A DNA stretch of 64,000 nt from NCBI GenBank assembly GCA_900315675.1, contig OMZY01000013.1, positions 700 through 64,699 on the forward strand, given 5' to 3'. Below, in pieces: positions 1 to 8,922 of this stretch. Under the pieces are notes generated by a model. That model worked only from the letters and a program-made list of their open reading frames with translations. It did no database searches and was not told where the DNA came from. This DNA comes from an uncultured Eubacteriales bacterium. Its GTDB lineage: Bacteria > Bacillota > Clostridia > Christensenellales > Aristaeellaceae. Each line of letters starts with the position of its first letter. Position 1 is the first letter of the stretch. Position numbers and translations under genes: made by a program.

Positions 1-96
1 ATCGCAGAATTGTGGCAAAACATCCGTTTTGCCACTCCGTGTCAGTGTGCTTTTTCCTCCCCCGCGTTAGGCTGGACGCGAAAAGGAGGGAACACC

Positions 97-396
97 ATGG
101 ATTACTACAACGCGGAACACTATATGGACCGGACGGCGGCGGAAGCCATGCGCAACGTGATGGAGGAAGGGCGGGCGCCCCTGAATGAGGAGGGCTGCCT
201 GCGCCTGGCGGAAGCGCTGGTGCGCCTGGCGGCGGAAGATTACCTGCGGGCCTGGCGGTGCCTGCCCTGCCGGTCCGCGGGAAAGCGGATCGGGGAAATT
301 GAGGAATTCTTCCTGTCGGAGCATTTCACAGGCCTGACGGGCCTGGACGGCAGGGCGATATTGCGGATTGTGCGGAGGGAGGCGAAGAAGCAGTGA
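97..396 (+). CDS. Hypothetical protein of the kind found in Clostridial prophage regulatory regions
   Basis: RBS AGGAGG before ATG at 97; N-terminal YNAEHYMDRTAAEAM and C-terminal EIEEFFLSEHFTGLTGLDG resemble recurrent phage hypotheticals; GTGA overlap with next gene. Confidence 0.6.
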   Translation: MDYYNAEHYMDRTAAEAMRNVMEEGRAPLNEEGCLRLAEALVRLAAEDYLRAWRCLPCRSAGKRIGEIEEFFLSEHFTGLTGLDGRAILRIVRREAKKQ

Positions 397-803
397 AGGT
401 GCCGGAGGTGATCCGCAGGCCGAAGGACCTGCGGAAGGAAATGGAACGGAAGCAGACGCGGATTGACACCCTGCGCCGGTTTGCGCAGCAGCTGACGGCT
501 CCCCCGCGGGAGGTGAAGGTGAAAAGCAGCCCCGACCCGGCCCGCTTCCAGGCGCTGCTGGCGGAAGCCGCGGACGAGGAACAGGATCTGAAAAAGCTGG
601 AGGAGGAGCGGATGCAGGCGATGACCGAGGCGGTGCTGGCCTTCTCCGCCCTGCCGGATGAAAGGATGATCCGGATCATGGAACTGCGGTACCTGGAGGA
701 AAGAAGCTGGGAGGAGATAGCGGAAGAGATGTATATGAGCGAAAGCTGGACGCTGAAGCTGCACAAAGCAGCGGTCGCCGTCTTGTGCAGCAATGAAGAA
801 TGA
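393..803 (+). CDS. DUF1492/ArpU-like phage transcriptional regulator (sigma-70 region 4-like HTH)
   Basis: N-terminal coiled coil, C-terminal MELRYLEERSWEEIAEEMYMSESWTLKLH motif typical of ArpU/RinA/DUF1492 regulators. Confidence 0.7.
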   Translation: MKVPEVIRRPKDLRKEMERKQTRIDTLRRFAQQLTAPPREVKVKSSPDPARFQALLAEAADEEQDLKKLEEERMQAMTEAVLAFSALPDERMIRIMELRYLEERSWEEIAEEMYMSESWTLKLHKAAVAVLCSNEE

Positions 804-812
804 TGAATGAAA

Positions 813-847
813 AAGGGAACGATAGGGACAGTCCCTATCGTTCCCTT
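813..847. repeat. REP-like perfect palindrome (GGGAC-N-GTCCC family)
   Basis: AAGGGAACGATAGGGAC-A-GTCCCTATCGTTCCCTT; related copy at 11529-11561. Confidence 0.85.
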
Positions 848-865
848 GGAGTTCCTGTTGTGTGA

Positions 866-1720
866 TTAATCCCGGAATTGCTGCATAAAGATCCTGTCAG
901 CCTTCTCAAGCTTCGCCAGATACTCGTCATAGGCAGGACTGAGCCTTCTCATCGCAGGAATGAAAACGCTGTTATATCCCTGTTCCTCATTGAATTCCCT
1001 GATCAGTTCCTTCAGCTTAGCCCCCGGAGAGTTCCGGTATTCGGCTGTTTTCTGGAATTCCAGATACTGATCGATGATTTCCCTGTTGTTTTTCAGCCAG
1101 CCTTCAGGATCCTCCGCCGCTTCACTCAGTGCTGTGTCTGCCTGATCGGCTGCCTGACGGCCGATGTCAGTGTCCATCTCATCCAGGCAGTCCTTCAGTT
1201 CTTCCGGTACTTCCAGCTGTACGCTGTCCAGATAGTCGCAGACCTCCCGCAGCGCTTTCTCCTGGTCCCCGGTCCGGACAGGCTCCTGCAGGAACTGTCC
1301 GAAATGAAGGGCCAGATACTTGCCCCAGAAGCCCGGGAAAGCTGCCGTCAGCCTGTCTGTGACAGACTGCCTGCTTTCCGCGGCCGCGGCTTTGAGATAC
1401 ACGGCATCCCAGTCCTGTGAGGCTTCGAGCTCTTTCAGCATTTCATTCTGCTCTTTTCTCCTCCGGAGGATCGTTTCCTGTTTTTCAATGGTTCTCCGGA
1501 GGGCGGTATCATCCTTTCCGCTGAGCAGTTCCCGGATATCTTCAACCGATACGCCCAGGTTCCGCAGCAGCGAAATCTTTTTCAGGCAGGCAACATCTTC
1601 TTCGGAGAAATCCTTGTATCCGTTCTCTGAAACCCGCGGACTCAATAAGCCTTTCATGCAGTAATATTCAATGGCCTTCTTCGTCGTTCCCGACCGTTCA
1701 GCTGCTTCATGGATATACAT
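866..1720 (-). CDS. MerR family transcriptional regulator
   Basis: N-terminal IHEAAERSGTTKKAIEYY...GLLSP...NGYKDFSEEDV...ISLLRNLGVSVEDI MerR HTH; ATG at 1720 behind GGAGGTGAGG. Confidence 0.9.
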   Translation of the reverse strand: MYIHEAAERSGTTKKAIEYYCMKGLLSPRVSENGYKDFSEEDVACLKKISLLRNLGVSVEDIRELLSGKDDTALRRTIEKQETILRRRKEQNEMLKELEASQDWDAVYLKAAAAESRQSVTDRLTAAFPGFWGKYLALHFGQFLQEPVRTGDQEKALREVCDYLDSVQLEVPEELKDCLDEMDTDIGRQAADQADTALSEAAEDPEGWLKNNREIIDQYLEFQKTAEYRNSPGAKLKELIREFNEEQGYNSVFIPAMRRLSPAYDEYLAKLEKADRIFMQQFRD

Positions 1721-1739
1721 CTTCCTCACCTCCGATTCA

Positions 1740-1770
1740 ACTATAATCTACCCCCTAAGGGCACAGTCAA
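1740..1770 (-). promoter_or_regulatory. MerR-type promoter with 19-bp spacer
   Basis: TTGACT-N19-TATAGT on minus strand, spacer contains the imperfect dyad CCCTTAGGGG; long spacer plus dyad is the MerR hallmark. Confidence 0.7.
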
Positions 1771-1834
1771 GAGGTTTTTTGAAGGAAATTCTGATGCAGG
1801 GGAAAGGCACAGTGCCGTTGCTGAAGCGATGGCA

Positions 1835-1866
1835 AATGCAGAATTAAGAATGCAGAATGCAGAATG
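1835..1866. repeat. 7-bp tandem repeat tract
   Basis: AATGCA GAATTAA GAATGCA GAATGCA GAATGA; one of many related tracts in the window. Confidence 0.8.
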
Positions 1867-1905
1867 ATTCCGCTGCGGCGGGAATCGTCCTTCGGACGTA
1901 GCAAG

Positions 1906-2011
1906 GGATTCCTCGACTACGCTCGGAATGACACCCAGGGGCGTTGGAGTCCCTATAGCGTTCTCGAACGTTTACGGGCTGGGAGATCTCTCGACTACGC
2001 TCGAGATGACA
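1906..2011 (+). repeat. Two copies of a REP-like GATT(C/T)CTCGACTACGCTCG(G/A)(A/G)ATGACA element
   Basis: Copies at 1906-1933 and 1983-2011; relatives at 6891-6938, 9262-9291 and 60152-60196. Confidence 0.8.
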
Positions 2012-2056
2012 CACTGGGCGCCGCGGTGTTCCGGGTAACGTTCGGGGAGACTTTTG

Positions 2057-2118
2057 CTGCAGAGTTGACATTTACCCCGTCCCTCTGTCAACTATGGTAA
2101 CAGCGATCGCAGAATTAT
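2057..2118 (+). repeat. Bulged hairpin element ending TGGTAACAGCGATCGCAGAATTAT
   Basis: 24-bp exact match 2095-2118 = 10074-10097; encloses AGTTGACA...TGTCAACT stem. Confidence 0.75.
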
Positions 2119-2198
2119 GATTTGTTTCTTCTTCCCTTTTTGGTCTATAATAAGCATATCGGAACAAGTTGATGAACGAGACAGAAAGGATTTTGATT

Positions 2199-3323
2199 AT
2201 GTCAGACGCTTTCAGGCCTAATCCCTTCCGGCTGGCTTTCGGGCTGATGCGGCTGCCGAAGAACCCGGACGGCAGCATCGACATCCCCCAGGTGTGCGAA
2301 ATGACGGACCGGTTCATCGCCGCGGGCGGAACCTATTTTGACACCGCCTATGTATATGACGGCGGGGACAGCGAAAAAGCCTTCAGGGCAGCGGTGGCGG
2401 ACCGGTATCCCCGGGAAGCCTATACCCTGGCCACGAAGCTGCACGCCTCCATCGGGGCGACGGACGAGAAGAGCGCCAAGGCGGAATTTGCCGTGAGCCT
2501 TGAGCGCACCGGCGCGGGGTATTTCGACTACTACCTGCTCCACGCGCTGCAGCGCAGCACCTTTCAGAAATACGACGAATACCACCTGTGGGATTTTGTG
2601 AAGGAGCTGAAGGAAAAGGGGCTGATCCGCCACTGGGGATTCTCCTTCCATGCGGATCCGGAGCTGCTGGAGGAAATCCTGGACGCGCACCCGGACGCGG
2701 AATTCGTGCAGCTGCAGATCAACTACGCCGACTGGGACAACCCGGGCGTGGCCTCCCGCAGGAACTGGGAAATCTGCCGGAAGCGGGGCATTCCGGTGAT
2801 GATCATGGAACCGGTGAAGGGCGGCATCCTGGCCGACCCGATCCCGGAAGTGAAGGAAGTATATGACGGGAGCGGGGCGAAGGTCTCCTACGCCAGCTGG
2901 GCGCTGCGCTTCGCCGCCGGGCTGGAGGGCATCCACGCGGTGCTCAGCGGCATGAGCAGCCTGGCGCAGATGGAGGACAACCTGAAGACCTTCACGGACT
3001 TCCGTCCCCTGGACGAAAAGGAGATGGAGCTGATCCACCGGGCGCAGGCCGCCCTGGACGCGGACAAGTCTATCCCCTGCACCGCCTGCCACTACTGCAC
3101 GAAGGGCTGCCCGATGGAGATCCCGATTCCCGAGATTTTCAACGTGATCAACCGGCGCAAGGGCAGTCCGGAATTCCGCACCATCCGGGAATACGGCATC
3201 GTGACCGCCGGACGGGGCACCGCCGGGGACTGCGTATCCTGCGGCCAGTGCGAGCGGGCCTGCCCCCAGGGGCTGCCGATTATCAAACTGCTGCGGCAGT
3301 GCAGGGCGGAGCTGGAGAAATGA
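2199..3323 (+). CDS. Aldo/keto reductase with C-terminal 4Fe-4S dicluster
   Basis: LAFGLMRLP, YFDTAYVY, LATKL, YFDYYLLH, QLQINY, IMEPVKGG; C-terminal CTACHYC...CP and CVSCGQCERACP. Confidence 0.92.
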   Translation: MSDAFRPNPFRLAFGLMRLPKNPDGSIDIPQVCEMTDRFIAAGGTYFDTAYVYDGGDSEKAFRAAVADRYPREAYTLATKLHASIGATDEKSAKAEFAVSLERTGAGYFDYYLLHALQRSTFQKYDEYHLWDFVKELKEKGLIRHWGFSFHADPELLEEILDAHPDAEFVQLQINYADWDNPGVASRRNWEICRKRGIPVMIMEPVKGGILADPIPEVKEVYDGSGAKVSYASWALRFAAGLEGIHAVLSGMSSLAQMEDNLKTFTDFRPLDEKEMELIHRAQAALDADKSIPCTACHYCTKGCPMEIPIPEIFNVINRRKGSPEFRTIREYGIVTAGRGTAGDCVSCGQCERACPQGLPIIKLLRQCRAELEK

Positions 3324-3913
3324 AAAAGAAACTGAGGCTTTCCTTCAACGCGCCGGCGGTACTGGGGTTTGTGGGGCTGTGCGTGATCGCGCAGATCATC
3401 AGCATGCTGACCGGCGGGCAGAGCAGCAAGGTGCTCTTCAGCGTATACCGCGCCTCCCTGGCAGACCCGCTGACATACGTGCGGCTGTTTACCCACGTGC
3501 TTGGGCACGCCGGGTGGGACCACCTGCTGGGCAACATGATGTACATCCTGATCCTCGGGCCGATGATTGAGGAAAAATACGGCACCGGTACCACGGTGTT
3601 CATCATCGCGGTGACGGCGCTGGTGATCGGGATCATCAACATGGCCTTCTTCCCCGGGGTGAGGCTGCTGGGCGCCAGCGGCGTGGTGTTCGCCTTTATC
3701 CTGATCTCCTCCATCACCATCCGGGAGGACAACACCATTCCGGTGACCTTCATCCTGGTGGCGGTATTGTACCTGGGCCAGCAGATCTGGCAGGGGCTGT
3801 TCCAGCAGGACAACGTGAGCCAGATGGCCCACATCGCCGGCGGCGCGGTGGGCGCGGGGCTGGGGTTCCTGCTGGGCAGGGCCCATCAGCAAAAGAACCG
3901 TTCCTCGTTCTGA
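3320..3913 (+). CDS. Rhomboid family intramembrane serine protease
   Basis: HAGWDHLLGNM, catalytic GASG, AHIAG, multiple TM segments. Confidence 0.92.
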   Translation: MKKKLRLSFNAPAVLGFVGLCVIAQIISMLTGGQSSKVLFSVYRASLADPLTYVRLFTHVLGHAGWDHLLGNMMYILILGPMIEEKYGTGTTVFIIAVTALVIGIINMAFFPGVRLLGASGVVFAFILISSITIREDNTIPVTFILVAVLYLGQQIWQGLFQQDNVSQMAHIAGGAVGAGLGFLLGRAHQQKNRSSF

Positions 3914-3986
3914 GGAACGGTCCTTTTGAATGAAGAATGAAAAATGAAAAATGAAGAATGGCAGTGCCGTTATTCCGTTTCCTGAA

Positions 3987-4015
3987 TGGACACCGGGGAC
4001 AGTCTCCAGTGTCCA
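3987..4015. repeat. REP-like imperfect palindrome
   Basis: TGGACACCGGGGAC-A-GTCTCCAGTGTCCA; near-identical arms at 6215-6258. Confidence 0.75.
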
Positions 4016-4132
4016 CTTTTTTTGTTTTTCGGTGCTTTTCAACGTTTGCAAACGTATAGACATATGGTACAATATTCCCAATTGGAAAAAGCCCGGGATC
4101 CCGTACAAAACAAAAGACCGGAGTGAAGAAAA

Positions 4133-6202
4133 ATGAACCTGAGGAAGACCATCGCCGCGGTATTGATCCTGCTGGTCCTGTCGGCCGTCTGCGCAGCGGC
4201 GGGAGCGGAGACAAAAGTTGTGGAGATCATGGATCCTGCCTACGGGAAGGTTATTCTCAGTTACGGGCTGGATGATGAAACTAAAACAGCAGCGGTTGCG
4301 GGATTGGTTAACATTCCGCCGTCAGAGTACACGATTCCCGAAACAGTCACCTATGAGGGCATACAATACACGGTGACAGAGATTGCGGGCGAGGCATTTG
4401 ATCGGTATTATAACACTATCCGCAAAATTACGATCCCCTCCACCGTCACCCACATCGGGAAAATGAGTTTCTACGGTAGCCAAAATCTGACGACAGTGGA
4501 ATTCGCGCCCAATTCACAGCTGACCACCATCGACGACGCTGCTTTCTGCGGTACGCCCTCCCTGACCTCATTTGATCCCTTTCCGGAGAGTCTCACAACC
4601 ATCGGCGAAGCTGCATTCGACGGATCCGCCATTTCAGGAGATAACGGTACCCTGACGATCCCGGCCGGCGTGACCAGGATCGGAACAGACGCCTTTCTTG
4701 AATGCTTAAACCTGAAAGCATTCAGCGTCGATCCCCGGAACACGGCCTATAAGAGCGTGGACGGGATCATTTTTTCCAAGGACGGGACGGTCCTGGTTTG
4801 CGCTCCCCGGAGAAAGGAATATGCAGACGGAAAATACATTGTTCCGGACGGGGTCACAACCATCAATGAAAGCGCGTTTAGGAGAGGTATTCTGCAGGAT
4901 GATGAGCCTGAGCAGCAGGAGTATCTTCTCCTTCCCCCGAGCGTCGGGGAAATTGGGCGAGAAGCGTTTTTCTATTTCACCCCGAAGACAGTGGTTGTTT
5001 TGCCGGAAAATCCGCCCGTCTCCTCCATTACAACCTTCTCTCACCCAAAAGACTCTGTGGTCAATACTTACTTTGTCCGGTCAGCCGCATACAAGACTGC
5101 CCGGATATGGAAGAATTCTGCCGATAAGATGAAGGTCATCTCCACCGCGGAAACAGAAGACGGCGTCCTTTTCACCGGCGAAGCGGTGCTGGAACACGGC
5201 GGCGTCCGGTATTACGAAGAAGGAACAAAGCTGACCCTGAGCGGCAGCGACAGATACTTTGTGAGGGACAAGGAAGGAAACAACCTGACCGAACAGGTGC
5301 TGAGCGGAAGCATGCTCACCATGCCGGACAAGGACATCATCATCAGCAAGGCCGACACCTTTACCGTGACCTTTGCCGTAGAAAACGGGGAATGGGACGG
5401 CGGCGGCAGCAGCGCGGTGGAAAAGGTCCTGACAGGCCCCGCGGGCACCCTGAAGATCGCGGAAGACGACATCCCGGCGGCCGGAAACAAGCCCGCCGAG
5501 GACTATAAGGCCGGCAGGTGGAACCCGGTGCCGAAGGCCGGGGACGCGGTGACCGGCAACGTGACCTATACCTACACCTACGCGAAGGAGGACATCGTCT
5601 ACACCGCCGCGGCGGGCCCGGAAAGCGGGTATACGCATACCGTCGGCAGCGGAAAGGATCTTGTCATCACGGTGAAGCGTAACATCAACGACGCAAAGAC
5701 CTTTGATCAGTATACCGGCGCCGCCATGGACGGCAAAGCCCTGCCGGAGGGCGCCTCCGCAGCGGAAAAGGGCAGCCTGAACCTGACGGTGAAGAGCGGG
5801 TACCTGGACACGCTGGAAGCCGGAGACCATACGCTGGAGATTTCCTTCAGGGACGGCAGCGCGGAAGTGCCCCTGAAGGTGGAGGCTCCCGCGCCCACGG
5901 CCACCGCAACGCCCACGGCGACCCCTGAGGCGGCCAAGCCCACGCCCACGGCCACGCCGACAGCAACACCGACAGCAACACCAACAGCTACGCCGACCGC
6001 GACGCCCACAGCAACGCCGACACCCGCACCGACCGCGGCGCCCACCGCCGCACCTACGGCCACGCCGACTCCCGCGCCCACCACAACACCCAGGCCGGTT
6101 CCGCAGACCGGGGACAGCAGCGCGCCCCTGATGTGGCTGGGAATGATCCTACTGGGAATGATCGGGATCGGAGCCGCGGCGAAGAAGAGGAAAAACAATT
6201 AA
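4133..6202 (+). CDS. Cell-wall anchored BspA-type leucine-rich repeat surface protein
   Basis: Signal peptide; LRR_5-like repeats (ITIPSTVTHIGKMSF, LTTIDDAAF, LTTIGEAAF, IPAGVTRIGTDAF); Pro/Thr linker; VPQTG-TM-KKRK sortase-type tail. Confidence 0.85.
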   Translation: MNLRKTIAAVLILLVLSAVCAAAGAETKVVEIMDPAYGKVILSYGLDDETKTAAVAGLVNIPPSEYTIPETVTYEGIQYTVTEIAGEAFDRYYNTIRKITIPSTVTHIGKMSFYGSQNLTTVEFAPNSQLTTIDDAAFCGTPSLTSFDPFPESLTTIGEAAFDGSAISGDNGTLTIPAGVTRIGTDAFLECLNLKAFSVDPRNTAYKSVDGIIFSKDGTVLVCAPRRKEYADGKYIVPDGVTTINESAFRRGILQDDEPEQQEYLLLPPSVGEIGREAFFYFTPKTVVVLPENPPVSSITTFSHPKDSVVNTYFVRSAAYKTARIWKNSADKMKVISTAETEDGVLFTGEAVLEHGGVRYYEEGTKLTLSGSDRYFVRDKEGNNLTEQVLSGSMLTMPDKDIIISKADTFTVTFAVENGEWDGGGSSAVEKVLTGPAGTLKIAEDDIPAAGNKPAEDYKAGRWNPVPKAGDAVTGNVTYTYTYAKEDIVYTAAAGPESGYTHTVGSGKDLVITVKRNINDAKTFDQYTGAAMDGKALPEGASAAEKGSLNLTVKSGYLDTLEAGDHTLEISFRDGSAEVPLKVEAPAPTATATPTATPEAAKPTPTATPTATPTATPTATPTATPTATPTPAPTAAPTAAPTATPTPAPTTTPRPVPQTGDSSAPLMWLGMILLGMIGIGAAAKKRKNN

Positions 6203-6214
6203 TCATTGAGCAAA

Positions 6215-6258
6215 AAAAGTGGACACCGGGGACTGATATGTCCCCAGTGTCCACTTTT
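6215..6258. repeat. REP-like palindrome, probably also a bidirectional terminator
   Basis: AAAAGTGGACACCGGGGAC-TGATAT-GTCCCCAGTGTCCACTTTT between convergent genes. Confidence 0.75.
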
Positions 6259-6700
6259 ATCTGTTCAGCCGGATGCGGCGCCGCTCTTCCGCGGCGGCAT
6301 ACTCCTGTTTTTCCTCGGTGGTTTCCGGCACGAAGGGCGGAATGGCCACGGGACGGTCCTCCTCATCGATGGCGACAAAGACGGCGTAGGCCCGGTTGAT
6401 CAGCTCCCGGCTGCCGTCCAGGCGCTCCACCATACTGTCCACCCGGACCTCCAGGGAGGTGCGGCCGGTCCAGGTGACCACCGCCTCCTGCACCACGGTA
6501 TCGTTCAGGTAGGCCGGCTGGAGGAAGGTCAGGTTGTCGATGCAGACGGTGGTGACCGCCTGGCCGGTATAGCGGCGGGCCGCCACGGCGCCGACCACGT
6601 CGATCCAGGCCATGATCTGGCCGCCGAAAAGCCGGGGCTTGGCGTAGCCGTTGCAGTGCTGGGGCATGACGATCTGTACGGTGGTTGTTTTCTCTGCCAT
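6257..6700 (-). CDS. Acyl-CoA thioesterase (hotdog fold)
   Basis: VMPQHCNG...LFGGQIMAWIDVVG, VTTVCIDNLTFLQP, TWTGRTSLEV, VFVAIDEEDRP. Confidence 0.92.
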   Translation of the reverse strand: MAEKTTTVQIVMPQHCNGYAKPRLFGGQIMAWIDVVGAVAARRYTGQAVTTVCIDNLTFLQPAYLNDTVVQEAVVTWTGRTSLEVRVDSMVERLDGSRELINRAYAVFVAIDEEDRPVAIPPFVPETTEEKQEYAAAEERRRIRLNR

Positions 6701-6869
6701 AGGCGTTTTCCTCCATCGGGTTTTTCTGACCGAATTATATCCCATCCGGCGGGGAAAAGCGACTTTTATTTTTTTGTTCGCTTTTCTTCCCTTCCGGCTT
6801 TTTTTATAATAAAACGGAAGGCTTAATACTCTGTTGATTATGTTCTTCACAGAATGATGTTCCTTTGGG

Positions 6870-6938
6870 TTGAAGATTTACATCCCCGGAGGAGATTTCT
6901 CCACTGCACTCACTTCGTTCGTTCCGGTCGAAATGACA
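6870..6938 (+). repeat. REP-like GAGATT..ACT..TCGAAATGACA element with shared upstream flank
   Basis: TTGAAG(A/G)TTTACATC(C/T)CCGGAGGAGATT(T/C)CTCCACT shared with 9241-9291. Confidence 0.8.
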
Positions 6939-6987
6939 CCTGGAGGCAACGTTTTATCCATACGCCCTGCATCCGCAGTAAGGATCA

Positions 6988-7019
6988 TTATGAATTATGA
7001 ATTGTGAATTATGAATTAT
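6988..7019. repeat. 7-bp tandem repeat tract
   Basis: TTATGAA TTATGAA TTGTGAA TTATGAA; contains the first ATG of the next ORF. Confidence 0.8.
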
Positions 7020-7571
7020 TTATCCGATTTATCCATTGACATCTACGCGGAGCGCTACCGGGGCATGACCCGGGAGCAGCAGACCTGCTGCCTGACAGGG
7101 CACAGGATGATTCCGCCCGGGGAAGAGCAGAAGATCATGATCCGCGCGAAGAACATCCTGGTGCGGCTGATCCGGGAGCAGAACGTCCGGTACTTCGGCG
7201 TGGGCGGGGCCGTCGGCTTTGACATGCTGGCGGCGGAATACCTGCTGCACCTGAAGGCCCACGAGGAACAGCAGATCCGGATCATCTCCGTGCTGCCCTA
7301 CCCCGGATGGCGGGAAACGGAAGAGTGGGACGACCAGCTGCGCCTGCGGGAAGACTGGATCCTGCGGCAGTGCGACAAGGTGGTCTACGTCCGGCAGGAA
7401 TACGAAAAAGGCGTATTCCTCCTGCGGGACCGGAAGCTGGTGGACGGCTCCGGCTACTGCGTCAGCTACTGCAACCGGCCGAACACAGGCACCGCCTATA
7501 CGGTGAAATACGCCATGAAACGCGGAGTAAAGGTACTGAATGCCAGCAGTTTTGATCTGAGGAACTTGTGA
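7011..7571 (+). CDS. SLOG superfamily protein (YspA/DUF1273-like); start uncertain (7011 or 7065)
   Basis: CCLTGHR, FGVGGAVGFDMLAAE, LLRDRKLVDGS, GTAYTVKYAMKRG match the YspA-type SLOG pattern. Confidence 0.8.
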   Translation: MNYLSDLSIDIYAERYRGMTREQQTCCLTGHRMIPPGEEQKIMIRAKNILVRLIREQNVRYFGVGGAVGFDMLAAEYLLHLKAHEEQQIRIISVLPYPGWRETEEWDDQLRLREDWILRQCDKVVYVRQEYEKGVFLLRDRKLVDGSGYCVSYCNRPNTGTAYTVKYAMKRGVKVLNASSFDLRNL

Positions 7572-7648
7572 GAACGGAGGGACGGTTCCTTTCGTTCTTT
7601 TCGGTTTCATAAATGGTGAGAGAACGAAAGGAACCGTCCCTCCGTTCT
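7571..7648. repeat. Inverted pair of REP-like palindromes (REPIN/BIME-like doublet)
   Basis: 7571-7598 AGAACGGAGGGACGGTTCCTTTCGTTCT is the exact reverse complement of 7621-7648. Confidence 0.85.
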
Positions 7649-7652
7649 CTTC

Positions 7653-8234
7653 TCATTCCTTCATCAGGCCCGCGCCTGCGTTCCAGGCTTTGCCGACCTG
7701 TTCCCCGGAAACATAATAACCGTGTTTGAACTGATCGAAAATCAGAGCGTTCAGTCTGGCAGGATCAATCTTTCCTTTTTCATCCAGGACAGCTTCATCC
7801 GCTGCCACGTTGACGATTTTTCCGACAATTGCATACATGTTATCCGTATTGATAACCTCCGCAAGCTCGCACTCCATGACAACCGGGAATTCCTCAATGA
7901 TGGGAGCATTCACATGCTCGCTCTTTACGGCATGATATCCCGTGCGCTCGAATTTGTCGTTCATCCTGTTGCCGGAGGCAATCCCGAAGAAATCGGCAAC
8001 ATCCATATGCGCCTTGTCAGCCAGGGCAACGGTAAGGGCTTTCGTTTTCAGAATGTTCTGCGTTGTTTTGTGATCCTCGTCAATGAACAGCGCAATCTTA
8101 TCCATGGCACAGATCATGCCCCATGCCGCGTTCATCACATTAACCTTGCCCGTTTCATCGTAGGCAGCCACCATCAGCACCGGCATCGGATAAACAGCCT
8201 GAACCAGCCCCAGGTTTTTCTTCATTTTCATCAT
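7653..8234 (-). CDS. Flavin reductase family protein
   Basis: YPMPVLMVAAY...VNVMNAAW, APIIEEFPVVMECE, IVGKIVNV. Confidence 0.9.
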   Translation of the reverse strand: MMKMKKNLGLVQAVYPMPVLMVAAYDETGKVNVMNAAWGMICAMDKIALFIDEDHKTTQNILKTKALTVALADKAHMDVADFFGIASGNRMNDKFERTGYHAVKSEHVNAPIIEEFPVVMECELAEVINTDNMYAIVGKIVNVAADEAVLDEKGKIDPARLNALIFDQFKHGYYVSGEQVGKAWNAGAGLMKE

Positions 8235-8291
8235 CCTCCTGTCTCTTGCCTGATCAGCAGTTTCATGCTATCATTCATCCGACATGATTAC

Positions 8292-8333
8292 AAGTACCAA
8301 CATTAAAGTAAGGTACTTACCTAGAGGTAAGTA
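8292..8333. promoter_or_regulatory. Putative HxlR-family operator dyads in the divergent promoter region
   Basis: AAGTACC-N13-GGTACTT and TACTTACC-TAGA-GGTAAGTA between divergent flavin reductase and regulator. Confidence 0.55.
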
Positions 8334-8723
8334 ATGGAAGAGAAACGAATCGACGGAGCCTGTTTTGCCGATACAGGTTACAGCTATACCCTTTCACTGA
8401 TTTCCGGCAAATATAAACCAGTGATCCTTTATTGCCTGATGGAATATGAACCGGTCCGGTTCAATGAAATGCAGCGATATCTTGGCAGGGTGGCAGATAA
8501 AACGCTGAGCCTTCATCTGAAGGAGCTTGAGCGTGACGGACTGATCCATCGGAAGATGTATCCTGAAATTCCCCCCAAGGTTGAATACTCCCTGACGGAA
8601 CGGGGGCATTCTCTCATGAAAGTGCTGGACCAGCTGTGTACCTGGGGAAATGAAAACAGAAATGACAGTGCATTCCCGTCCTGCGGAGGCTGCAAAGATG
8701 ATCAGCCTGAACATAAAGCATAA
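8334..8723 (+). CDS. HxlR family winged-helix regulator
   Basis: TLSLISGKYKPVILY, KTLSLHLKELERDGLIHRKMYPEIPPKVEYSLTERG. Confidence 0.92.
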   Translation: MEEKRIDGACFADTGYSYTLSLISGKYKPVILYCLMEYEPVRFNEMQRYLGRVADKTLSLHLKELERDGLIHRKMYPEIPPKVEYSLTERGHSLMKVLDQLCTWGNENRNDSAFPSCGGCKDDQPEHKA

Positions 8724-8886
8724 TGAATTAACGGCTGAAGAATTCTTCAATGATCACGGCGTTCCCGGGACAGAAATCTTTGTTGAGCCGTGTGCCATGC
8801 CTGACAAGATTCAGTTTTATGAAAAGTTCGGTTTCAGCGCCAATGAAGCGCAGCGGTTACGAAAGTATCTGCGGGTCCGGGAATAA
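8698..8886 (+). pseudogene. Possible C-terminal remnant of a GNAT acetyltransferase
   Basis: 62 aa ending CAMPDKIQFYEKFGF, like the GNAT C-terminal FYEKFGF motif; no acetyl-CoA motif A; overlaps HxlR 3' end. Confidence 0.35.
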
Positions 8887-8888
8887 GA

Positions 8889-8916
8889 AGAACGGAGGGA
8901 AACGTCCCTCCGTTCT
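8889..8916. repeat. REP-like palindrome
   Basis: AGAACGGAGGGA-AACG-TCCCTCCGTTCT, same arms as 7571/7621 copies. Confidence 0.8.
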
Positions 8917-8922
8917 CACGTT

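Noticed and set aside
5890-6090. 12-bp-period repeat as a regulatory or mobile repeat
   Set aside because: Encodes an ordinary Pro/Thr linker with synonymous variation.
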